64,000 nucleotides of DNA from Leptogorgia sarmentosa. Taxonomy: Eukaryota. Below are positions 23,872 through 35,848 of this stretch, in pieces. Under the pieces are notes generated by a model. The model had not been told where the DNA came from and did not search any database. It saw nothing but the letters and a program-made list of their open reading frames with translations. The stretch covers positions 23,126,001 through 23,190,000 of the forward strand of contig OZ210885.1 of the NCBI GenBank assembly GCA_964658305.1, in the 5' to 3' direction. The stretch's first letter is position 1. The number at the start of each line of letters is the position of its first letter. A program made the translations under genes and the position numbers.

Positions 23872-26800
23872 GTTACCTGATAAGGACAATAATGAATAAA
23901 TACAGCCTATATGTATATATGTAAATATAGCACATATAAAGCAGTGTGATCACTCAACGAGTGAGAGAGATATTATAGTTGAGATGGTCAACAACCTTAT
24001 AAACCGCCATTTTTGTAAGCAAGTTTTTTGACATAAGAGATCAAGTTTTGAAGACTATGATATCTTGTGCGGCATATGTCCGTAACATAGTTTATAAGAT
24101 TGGCCTGAATTTGATGAAATTGACGAATTGTTAGCGCCGTATACAGTCAGTGTTATTGTTGTCAATTATCAATGTTTAGCGGTCAAGTGCATACGAATGA
24201 AGACGGTGAGTTTGCTGATCTTGGAGCTGTTGGAGTAGCATTTCAAGTTGGTGAAACCACGAATATAGGAGAAGAAAGTTTCGTGGGACGCCGAGCGAGA
24301 GATATAAGCAATTGGAACGACGATGCTCGAAGAGAAAGAGCTCAAGATTTGAAGCGTTCACGTGCAGGACATTTGTCACGGTTGACAAGGTTGTATAGGG
24401 AGATTAATAACCTAACCAGTACTAAAGAGAGTCTGCTGCAACCAGTTATAGAGAAGAGGATTGGTCTAGACGGTGCCTTTGAAAGGTTTAAACAAGTACA
24501 TTATTTGTATGTTGCGTATTTGACAGATAACGAAGTTATAGAAGATGAGCAATGGATTTACGAATCCCGAGTTTGAGAGCACGATGGCATTTTGCAAAAT
24601 ACTGATCAATGGATACAAAGAACTAAATTGAACCTTGAGTCAGAGATAAGAGCAGAGGATTCTATCAGTCAAATAAGTTCACACAATCCAAAGCCCTGTG
24701 CAAAACTCGTGGATTCACGAGTCGCGCGGGTCCAGAAAGCCACGCAAGTGCTCGAATCGATGTGGGTCTTGGAAGCCACACAAATACACGAAGTCATGCG
24801 AGTCCTTGAATCGATGCGAGCCCACGAAGCCATGCGAGTATACGTAGCCACACAGGTTCTGGAAGTCACACGAGTTTCGAAAGCCACACGAGTTCGGTAA
24901 TGAGATTAAACGAAGCGACAGAAAAAAGAGAACTTGCTCGTCTAAAGCTCCAACAGCTTCATAAGTTACCAGAGTTGGAGTTAAAGAAGCTTCGAGTGAA
25001 AGGCGAAGAAGATACCCTTAAGCTTCAAAATGAGTACGAACAAGCTATCCTCAGTGAACGGATATGGGGTCAAGCAGAAGAAGTGATAAGTCGAGAGGAG
25101 AAACAAGAACTGCCTAAATTTGTTTCTCGAAAGGATGAATCACCTAAGAGCGGACAACCCCTTCCTTTCATCAAATTTTCGATAAGTCAAATTTTCAAGT
25201 TAATAGAGACAGTCTTTTTAGTAAACCCTCGTCGTTCTGTCCATCCCGAAGCAACGCCAACGTGGGTGGCCAAGAAATTCTCAAAAGCGTCGTCGGTATA
25301 TTGAACGAAGGGTTTAACATGCTGAACCCAGAGCTACTCACGTTCGATGGCAACCCTTTGCATCACTGGAGATTCATAAATAATTTCGAGACGAACATCG
25401 CCAATGAAACTACGAATTCTAGAAAACGCCTGGCATACTTAATCCAGCACTACAAAGGAGAATCTAGGGAAGCGATTGAGAACTGTAGTATTCTTGATCC
25501 AGAAAGAGGATACTTGAAGGCTCTAGAAATTTTGCAACAACAATTTGGAAGACGTCACGTTGTTGCACAGTCACATATCAAGCAGATAGTCGAGGGGGTG
25601 CAAATCAAGTCATTGGATGGTGCCGGCCTGCAAAAATTGGCTCGTCAAATGCAAAATTGTGAGTTGACACTATCAAAGATGGGATGGTCAGATGAACTGA
25701 ATAACAGCGAAACTCTACTACGAATTGTAGATTGTTTGCCCAGTTTTATGCAGCTTAAGTGGGCGGATAAAGCGGAGTCAATCTTAAAATTGGAAAGACG
25801 ACCTCGATTTTCCGACCTTGCCCAATTTATACAAGACAAAGCCGATGTTGCTGCAAATATGTTTGGGAAACATGTGTTAGAAGCTAGAAAGAAAGCTACT
25901 AGAGATCCACCTAAAGGTAGAATAAAGGAGGCATCACGAGCAACTACCTTGACCACAGCAAATAAAGAGGTTCCCAGAGAAAGCGGAAAGACAGCTACAT
26001 CACGGTGTTTATTGTGCTCACACGATCACGAACTCAGTAAATCTGATGAATTCAAGAAGAAATCGTACGAAGAGCGAGTTCAAATCGTTAGATCCAAAAG
26101 AATCTGCAACAATTGTTTCAAATCTGGACACTTTGCAAGAGGTTGCTTGGAGAAAATGTTGTGCGAATTACCCGAGTGTCGAAGAAAACACCACACCCTG
26201 TTACATCCACCAAATCCTGGTCCTGAAACGTCTAGCCAGAGGAATCAGGCGGTGCAAGTTGATGTTGGAACGTCAGCTAGTGTATGCGGTACGACCAGCT
26301 CTAAATGTCGCGACGTGTAATATGGTATATGGCAATATGGTAAATGACGCAATATGGTATCTCCCACATCATGCCGTGGTCCAACCACAGAAGGCCGGTA
26401 AAGTGCGGGTCGTTTTTGATTGTCCTGCTAAATTTAAAGGAACTTCCCTGAATGATAAACTCCTTTGTGGCCCCGATTTTAATAATAACTTGGTTGGTGT
26501 GCTTATTCGCTTCAAGGAACAGCCAATTGCGATTGTATCGGATATTAGAGAGATGCTCCATCAAGTCTGAGTGTATCCTGACGATCGAGACGCACTACGT
26601 TTCTTGTGGTGGCCCAACAACGACTTGACCAAGGATGCCGAGGATCATCAAATGCAAGTACACATCTTTGGGGCAGTGCCATCCCCAAGCTGTACTAGCT
26701 TTTGCCTCAAGAAGACAGCGGACGACAACTGTGAGAAGTTTGACGTAGAAACTATCAAAACCGTCTAAAGTCAACGCAAACAGTCGCCAAAGCACAACGC

Positions 26801-29030
26801 CTTGTTCGTCAACTGATCGATCTACTCGCACTCGGAGGGTTCCATCTCACAAAATGGATATCAAACAGTGAAGCAGTGATGGAAATGATTTCCGATGATG
26901 AAAAGGCTCCCTCCCAACCAATGATCGAACGTGCACTCGGTGTGCAATGGAACATGCGGGCCGATGAGTTTAGTATCAAAGTTACGAAGCAAGACAAACC
27001 ATCAACAAGGTGTGGTATATTGTCGATCGTAAGTTCTGTGTACGACACGTTGGGGTTCGTGGCTCCTTTCGTTTTAACTGCAAAGAGAATTCTACAAGAT
27101 CAATTCCACAAGATCAATTCTACAAGATCAATTCTGCAAGAAAGGGTGCGGCTGGGATGAAGAACTTGTTGAGAATGAATTACGAAGTTGGGAGGATTGG
27201 TACTCGGACATTGAAATATTAACCAATATATCCGTTGCTAGATGCATCAAACCAGCAATTTTAGGTGAGGCGAAGTACCTCCAGTTACATCACTTTTCGG
27301 ACGCTTCACAGCACGCTTACAGAGTTGTGTCCTACCTTCGACTTGAGAACATTTTGGGTCAAATTCACTGTTCGTTTTTGTTCGCCAGGTCACGCCTAGC
27401 GCCCTTGAAAACTGTCTCCATTTCTCGACTGGAACTGTCGGCAGCAGCCTTGGCGGTGAAGTTAAATCGGATGATTCAAGACGAGTTGGATTTGGAAATT
27501 GAAAGAGCGATCTTCTGGTCAGATTCAACTGCAGTTCTACATTACATCGCAAACACCACCAAAAGATTTCACACCTTCGCTGAGAATCGTTTGGCTATTG
27601 TCCATGACGGTTCGACTCCCGATCAGTGGAAGTACGTTGAAACGAATTCAAATCCCGTCGATCATGCGACTCGCGGTCTGAATGCAAAGGAAACGATCAA
27701 AGCCGATCTTTGGTTCAAAGGTCCCATGTTTTTATGGCAACCTGAGGAGAATTGGCCTTCGACGTTTAGAACAGTTCCAGAGATTGCGGACGACGATCCA
27801 GAAGTTAAATCTGAAATTCAATGCCATTCGATCGTAAAACAAGAAGAATTCATGAACAAAATCATTCATCGCTGTTCATATCTGCAAGAACTGAAGAAGA
27901 GTACAGTATAACATGGTTAACACGCTACAAGGAGTACATTGTACGTACCCATAGAGCTCGAAGTGGTCGAAATAAAGACCTGAAACCCTTGGAAACGTCA
28001 AATCTATCGGTCGAAGAACTGATGCGAGCTGAAGAGGAACTTGTGAAGTTTGTACAGGGCTCTGCATTTGAAAAGGAACTCGCGATCTTGAGTTCTGAAG
28101 TGTACCGTACGTCAACCAGCCAACGCAAATTGAAATCGATTGGTCCCCTTTACAAACTAAATCGTATTTTGGAAAATGGGATTCTTCGAGTAGGTGGTCG
28201 CCTAAGAAATGCACCGATCGACGTAAACGCCAAACATCCCTCGATTTTACTGAACGAGCACCATCTAACGGGCCTAATTGTGCAGCATTATCATCGTAAA
28301 TTGGGACACTCCGGACGAGAACATGTTTTATCTATTATACGGGAGCGCTACTGGATCGTCAGAGGTCGAGTTCCGGTACGAAGAGTTATTGGTACTTGTC
28401 TACAATGCGTTCCTCGTTCACAAATTATGGCCGACCTACATACAGATCAATCGTGTCCAACCTGATAAGCCACCTTTTACTTATGTCTGGGTTGATTTCT
28501 TTGGTCCACTATTTGTGAAGCAAGGTCGCTCACGAGTAAAGCGTTATGGGTGTTTGTTTACTTGCTTGGTCATTCAAGCTATACACATTGAGATTGCGCA
28601 TAGTTTGGATGTTAGTTCTTTCATTGATGCCTTACGCCGATTTATAGCTCGCCGCGGAAGGCCAGAGGAAATCAGGAGCGACAGAGGTACAAATTTTATA
28701 GGAGCCGAACGAGAGCTTAAGAATCTTTAGAGAAATGGAACCATTCCAAGTTGAACGAATTTCTCTGCCCAAAGGAAATAGGATGGAAATTCAATCCCGC
28801 TGCCGCTAGTCATATGGGTGGAGCGTGGGAAAGACTAATACGTTCGATAAAGAAGATTCTTAAGGCATTACTTGATGAGCAACTAGTGAATGATGAGACT
28901 CTGGCAACAACAATGGCTGAAGTTGAAGCAATCGTGAACAGTAGACCCATCACACCAAATCCAGATAGTCCTTTTGACATTGAAGCATTGACACCAAATC
29001 ATCTATTGATGCTCCGTTCTAGTTCAACAT

Positions 29031-29460
29031 ATCCACCTGGGGCATTTACCAAGAATGATCAGTATGTAAAACGAAGATGGCGAAAGTGTATCTTTTGTCG
29101 CCGATGGTTAAGCGAGAATTTGCCTACCCTGCAGATGAGGCAAAAATGGTGTTCTCCAGAGGCAAATGTTAAGAAGAACGATGTGGTACTGATTGTAAAT
29201 GAAAATGCTCCCAGAGGACGATGGCTGTTGGCTCGAGTTGTGCAAGTTCATCCACCTGGGGCATTTACCAAGAATGATCAGTATGTAAAACGAAGATGGC
29301 GACAAGTATCTTTTGGCGCCGATGGTTAAGAGAGTATTTGCCTACCCTGCAGATGAGGAAAAATGGTGTTCTCCAGAGGCAAATGTTAAGGAGAATGATG
29401 TGGTACTGATTGTAAATGAAAATGCTCCCAGAGGACGATGGCTGTTGGCTCGAGTTGTGG
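29031..29460 (+). repeat. ~219-bp tandem duplication in the BEL integrase C-terminus
   Basis: ATCCACCTGGGGCATTTACCAAGAATGATCAG recurs at 29031 and 29250. Confidence 0.9.
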
Positions 29461-29589
29461 AAGTTCATCTCGGAAAAGATGGTAAAGTGCGATCAGCAGT
29501 CGTTAGATCTTGTGGAACTGATTATACTAGACCAATTACAAAACTTTGTGTGTTGGAAAACGTTAATTTAGCACAGGTTAATAGCAATT

Positions 29590-29926
29590 ATTATACATTG
29601 TAGATGGTAAAAGCAATCTGATTGGCTAAGAGCATACAATTACATCGCGCAATCACGCAACACACAGGAAATCCAGTTATCTGCTAGCAGATAACTAATT
29701 AGGTACATAATTAGGTTTGTAGCCGTTAATTTGGGTTTAATAAACTAACCTAACTAATTAGGTTTTTCATGCGTTAATACTTGGTTTATTATTCTTCAAA
29801 TGTATAATAAAACAATCATTGAATTTGGTTTTTGTGATATGCAAAATTATCAAGGTCTCGGTAACGCTTACCGAGACCATGATAATTCCACATATCACAA
29901 AAACCTCATCCAATAATTGTTAATTA
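29590..29926. mobile_element. Small non-coding insertion with a ~110-bp terminal hairpin (possibly Crypton-like)
   Basis: CTGATTGGCTA near the left end; imperfect inverted repeat ~29810-29921 ending AATTGTTAA. Lies between BEL pol and the polypurine tract. Confidence 0.45.
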
Positions 29927-30409
29927 ACGGTTTGTAGCCGTTAATTTGGGGCGAGGATGATAAGGACAATAATGAATAAATACAGCCTATATGTATATAT
30001 GTAAATATGTAAATATAGCACATATAAAGCAGTGTGATCACTCAAGTGAGTGAGAGAGATATTATAGTTGAGATGGTCAACAACCTTATAAACCTCCATT
30101 TTTGTAAGCAAGTTTTTTGATGTTTTAATATGGAGGCTGAACCAGTCACTTCATATTATGTAAATAGTAAAATGGCAGATTCAGAAAAAGTGGGCAAGGA
30201 ACCAAAATGGTCTTCTGTCATCACATAATATGGCCTTATAACTATAAGGTCCCACACTCTGGCCCAAGTTTCTTCAAATGAACTCAGATGTTCAAAGATA
30301 AATATTTTGGGCAAGTTCAGCTTGTTTGGGTTGAAGCAAATGTCATGAAAGGCAGTGTGTTTTGCTTCTTGGTGGATTGCTGTGTAAATGCTGTATTCGG
30401 TATAGGTTT

Positions 30410-31510
30410 TATGAAGGAGAAGAAGTGGAACAAATTAACAGTCACTTCTCTAGATTGGGCAACACCACGAAGCACATGCTCCCTGAAGGTACACATGAAA
30501 AAATCAATTTAATAATTAGATAGAATTGGTAGAGAAGAGCTTCTGACTGAGCATGCTTTGACATGGAATAAATGGAAAGTAGAGAAAATGCCTTTAGCTT
30601 TAGCCAAACGATATCTGAAGGTATGTCATAGTATGGAAGGACCTTATTTATGGTGTATGTTTTTGTGACTCTTACAGTGTGGATATAGCAGATTTTGCTC
30701 GTTTTCAATAGTTCAAACAGCAAGCAGACCAAAAAAAGTGAAAAATAAGTTGTTAGACATGGGCATTGACAGCGACAAGTCATTAATTTTGTCTCAATGG
30801 ATAGACAAAGTTAAAGAAGTTGCCAGAGGTAAAGTCGGTATTGGTATAATAGTAAGAAATTGAAATTGTGTCGAATCATCTTTTAAACTGATAACTGATT
30901 ATGTATCTTTCTACATGTACGTAGAAGACGAATCGCTGCAAAGAAAAAAGGCCATTTTGTCAAATGAAGAAAAAGCATTTCTGTATGATAGGTTTGTTTC
31001 GGAGAACAAATGTATCCAAAACGAAAAACTTCTTCTTAAATACGCCCCGAAGATATTTCCTCGTCATTACAAAAGCATGGCATCTAAAGACGCTTTACTG
31101 ATGAGAGAGTCGGCAAAAAACCTGAGTGAGGACTGGGAAGACACCTTGAAACGCGGAAAAATACTACTGAAAGAACATGTTTCAAAATGCTTGGAGAAAA
31201 ACATGCAGAGTTCACATTTCACCATTAATCAGACAGTAATTAATATGAATAAACTGGCAGGTTAGTGTGACATGTAGGAGTTGTTATCTACACCATCAAC
31301 TCGTACAATAATACTGTTACAGTAGAAATAATGTGATTTGAGTTGTTTTCCATCTCTTTGGTTTCATAGGATCCTCCAAGCAACACAGTCGCCTTCGCCC
31401 TAACGTCCTGTCAGACAGTACTGAAAGAGTACATTACTGATTACAATGCGTTAGATACTGCAAATCATTTAATGGCAGCAGATGTGGAATGTGGAAAATT
31501 TCCTTGGAAA
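30410..31510 (+). pseudogene. KDZ (Kyakuja-Dileera-Zisupton) transposase C-terminal exons
   Basis: Manual translation GEEVEQINSHFSRLGNTTKHMLPE | REELLTEHALTWNKWKVEKMPLALAKRYLK | ...SSKQHSRLR...YN...FPW. Probably continues as KWAIFDSF at ~39450. Confidence 0.65.
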
Positions 31511-31762
31511 TCTAAACAAGAAAGTAACGGTTAGCTTAAACTGCACATTTCAGCTTGTATTGTTTTGTATTGCATTTCATTGCATTGCATTGTGCATGAA
31601 ACACTGTTGTATTATATGGGGTACTGTAATGTTCATTTTATAGGGGCTAGCCCTCCCTGTAGGGCTGGTTTTTACCTCTGTTTACATGGAAACATCCAGC
31701 CCTACATTTAGGGCTCAGCCTGCGCCGCCGGGCTGGTGCACATTAATTGCCGCAAAATTCAA

Positions 31763-34445
31763 AATGGCTGTCAACAATAAAGTCATATTAGTATTCACAG
31801 TTGCGCTTCAAATATCCGTGGTTTTACTAATGATTTTCCAACAATATGCTCTGTTATTGTTTTGGAAAATTAATGAAGAAAACAGGAGCTGTAAAATAGC
31901 CTCAATGCTTCTACGCAAACGATCGTATTTTTTGAGAAAGCTAAAAATCAGCCAACAGAGAAGATTAGCAAGACGAAAGAGAGTTTTGGTTCACGTCAGG
32001 TAGAACAGAGCAGTGGTGGGAAAATGTTATTGAAGGGAAAATGCCTGAAGAACAGTGGGTGAAAAATTTTAGAAAAACAAACTTGTTCTCGAGCTTCGAC
32101 CATATATTGCTCCCGACGAGTCATCACCGAACTACAGAGCTTTAACAGTAGAGAAAAAGCATGCTGTTACACTGTATTACCTCAAAGACACGGGGTCTTT
32201 GGCCATGACAGCTAATGCATTTGGTATTGCGATTTGCACAACTTCACATGTTATTTTCCAAGTATGCCATGCAATTTCAAGTGTCCTAGGACCCAAGTAT
32301 TTGCACTTACTCAGAACCACTAGTGAAATGAGACAAAAAGTGTCTGAATTCAAGGCGAAATTTGGAATGCCGCGAGCATTCGGATGCATAGACGGTACGC
32401 ACATTCCTATAAAACGGCCAATAAAAAACTCACAAGACTATTTTTTATACAAGGGGTACTTTTCTTTAAACGCTCAAGCTGTATGCGATTATTGTGGTGT
32501 ATTTATGGATGTGGAATGCCTGTGGCCAGGTAGTGTCCACGACGCAAAAATGTTTGCCAACTCTATGGTAAATTGCAAGCTTCGAGAAGAACAATTGCCA
32601 AAAACCTTCCAAACAATAATCCCTGGCTTTGATAAAATTCGAAATTATTTGATAGGAGATCCTGCCTATCCGCTCACGCCGTACTGTATGAACGAGTATG
32701 AGACATGTAGTACAAATGCTCAAGTTGTGTTTAATGGACTTCTCCGTTCAGCTCGCAACCCGATAGAATGTGCCTTCGGTAGACTGAAGGCCCGATGGTC
32801 TATATTAACATGCAGTATTGATTTGAAGCTTGAATCTGTACCCACAGCGGTTTATTCTTGTTTTGTTCTGCACAATTATTGTGAGAAGAACAAGAGCTAC
32901 ATTGATGAATGTCAGAAAACAAGTACAGCTATCCGTCGATAATGAACAGAAGTACAAAAATAGGTACACAAAGTGTACATGTATCTGCGCCTATGTAGCT
33001 TGATGATCAAGTCTTATTTGTTTTCAGGTTTTCGATACACGCATCTTATCTGTCCCTAATACGCGATCTTGCATGTATAAAATGGTTTAATGCTAGGGAA
33101 TAGGCGAATAGCGCAAATGCTAATTCCTTTCAAGACGTGAGGTTGTACGGAGACGTATTCAATACTTGATATAAGCTTTCATGACTATCTCGCATTCCGG
33201 AATTCCCGCGATCATATATCAAATTGCATAAGGAATTGAAACTTGACGACATATGATATAGCATGTTATGTTATTGCGTCTTTAGAATAGACACAGCGCA
33301 TTGCGATTGTTTGTAAAAAATGTGGCTTTCTAAAAACCAAATTTACCCTTTTCAAAACCGTATCATAATAATATATTTATATACAATATATTCCGTCCTT
33401 TCATGCGCATTTGCGTAGACGCTAAAGCGTATGCATGATCGGTATGCGCATTGCGCGTAGGTTCAAAACAGAATACTTGAAAATATATATGATTTCGTTT
33501 GTTTTGCCTCGCGCTTAATAAACGCACAAACCCGTTTTATTACAAGCTACGAAATCTATTTTCCTGGGATTGAATGTTTCAACCATTCCGTATGGCGAAG
33601 CGTCAAAATATAGTAGATATTCCGTGATCACAATTAATGACACCACGGGCAATCCAAACATGTACAGTGTGTGAGTGCGACAGTACCGACACGCTAAAGT
33701 ATCGCGCTGAAGTATCGTATGGAAAATATACGCGCTATTGTGTCAAGACGTTAAACTCTTTCATAACCTTAAATATTCGCTGTGTTCAATTGTATAAATT
33801 GCGTCATGATATTTTTGCTTTCATGATCTAAATTGCATAGCGAACGCGAACCTCTTTAATTAATATCTTTAAAAGCAATGCCAATGTCTGCAATTTGCGT
33901 CATGATATTTTTGCGTATAAATTTCCTTAGTGTAAATAGTGTTCTAAACGGCGTAAACGCTCATAAATTAACCTCTATTTCACTGAAGTCACTCGTCGCT
34001 GCGAACATTATATTTTCTTTTTATCTGGATATTCATGCGATGCGAAACAAAATCCACGATCAAACACATCACCACTCTTTAGCTCGCGCCTATATCAGCT
34101 GCCATTTTGTAATATTTAGCCCGCAAGAACTGCTTTGCAAACCTTCACGTTGGTTCCCTTAAATTTGCGGGTGGGCTCAGTGAGAATTACGTCATCTCAA
34201 TGTTACGTTGTCGCCTATTGGCTAAATTTAACTAACGAATTCGCTGATTGGCTGCAAGTTAACAGCTAACAACTAACAGCTAACAGCTAACAACACGATA
34301 GCAATATATCTGCGTCACTACGTCACGCAGATACAAAAATGTTCCTAATCCAATATATTCATGCAATGCAGGAGAAGGTGAAATTATTAGAAGAATACTA
34401 ACAGAAAATATTCAAGACAATCTTCCTGATGCACTCTCAGATTAA
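31763..34445 (+). pseudogene. Harbinger DDE transposase (HARBI1-like), frameshifted and interrupted at ~32960-34335
   Basis: FGCIDGTHIPI, WPGSVHDAK, LIGDPAYPL, ARNPIECAFGRLKARW, CFVLHNYC. The C-terminus (NVPNPIYSCNAGEGEIIRRIL) resumes at ~34338. Confidence 0.9.
32961..34339 (-). mobile_element. Non-autonomous Helentron (HINE/DINE-1-like) element
   Basis: On the minus strand: TTTTT-GTATCTGCG subTIR with adjacent inverted copy, (TAACAGC)-type microsatellite, far-end subTIR CGCAGATAC, stem-loop GTACAC-ttt-GTGTAC and T run. Inserted in an A/T run without a distinct TSD. Confidence 0.75.
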
Positions 34446-35848
34446 GTTAGAGTATGAGAACATTCCTTTATTGTTAACAATGAATTTAAAAAAACAACCA
34501 ATGTTATACAACAACAAGACCTGCTCAGGTGGGACCAGGATTTCTTTTTAATGTTTATTAAATATTATTTATTAATATGAACCATACTTGCAAACCATAA
34601 CTATAATGTTAAGGTTGAGCAAGGCCAGAATGTTGTATTCATAACTACAAAGTGGGAATCATTGTAGTTGCACCTTTTCATGTCAAAATCAAGTTCTTTT
34701 ATGAAATAAATGTAGTCATAGAACTGATGGTAATGTGAACATGAATATTAACATGAATGTCTAAAACTAAAACAATGTTTGAATATGGCATAGTCAACAC
34801 CATCCATTCTTAAAGATTTAAAGTGTCACAAGGTATGAAATCTTGTTTCATCTTTTATATGCTCTGGGGGCAAAGCACTACCATGTGTATACCCAACTGG
34901 AACATTTGATAGCCTGCCAGTAAAACTGTTACCAAAAATGCTCCCAGTAGGTTGTTGATAATAGACATTTTGACATGGAGGATGAGGATCCTGCATGGCC
35001 TGAGCTAAATTCTCTGACCTGCACAATCCAGCCCCAATTTGCACCATTGATTGACTGACACCCTCCAATGCTCTAGAAAATGAGACTGTGGATTGTTGCA
35101 TTGCGTTGCTAATTCCTTACGGAACTTGGAATCTTCTTTAACTTCATTCACTAGTAACTGATCTCCTTGTGAAGCAGATAAACACTTTTCCAAGTGCTTT
35201 CTCTTGTTGTCTACGAGTTTTGCCACCTGATTTTCACTCTTTCTCTTCACCACAGCATGTGAGTTATCTTTTTCAATCTCTCTGGTTGTATTATCTCCAC
35301 CACTACCAATATGTATTGCACCACTATCACTATTGTTACCTCTCTCTTCATCTTCAATATAGTGGTCATCTAAATTCTTCTCTGCAGCCTCAGCTTGTTG
35401 ATCTGGATTGAAAGTGTTTTTATCTACCCCAAATGGAAGTGGTGCTATGCCAGCACAGCCACCCCATAAAGAAACGAGACGGTCATAATGCTCAAACACA
35501 ATTTTTCCACTGCCACTTCTCTTCCCAGTTGTGACAGCATTTGAAAAGGACTGACAAATCTCTTTTACCTTCAAAATATACATAAAAATACTGTAGTTTA
35601 CATGCCTAAAATTTCTATATATACTCTCTACCACTATATACTAATTTTATATACAAGTGTCTTCTCTTGTTCATTACAAAGTGAAATAATTTAACAAGGT
35701 TGGCACATTGCAAATCAGTAACTATTTCAACATTACATTAAATGATTGGATAACACAAACTCAAAGCATTGCAAAATGAAATTAATGAAGTTAATTTTTG
35801 TATTCCTTGTAAATCAAACTCAATTTAACTGATATTAAAATAATTATA

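Larger units (their letters stand above)
23878..30120 (+). mobile_element. BEL/Pao LTR retrotransposon, decayed
   Basis: 5' LTR 23878-24087 (TG...CA); 3' LTR from 29958, truncated at ~30120, preceded by purine tract TTGGGGCGAGGA. Gag with three Cys/His knuckles; RT ([22 protein letters not shown]); RNase H (LHHFSDAS, RLELSAA, WSDS); integrase (DFFGP, SDRGTNF, GGAWERLI). Protease region deleted near 26320. Confidence 0.95.

Noticed and set aside
32199..32942. Host domesticated genes (HARBI1; likewise PGBD4, ZMYM1, ZBED, RECQ, G2E3 elsewhere)
   Set aside because: All are disrupted and/or lie within transposon structures, so no gene symbols were assigned.
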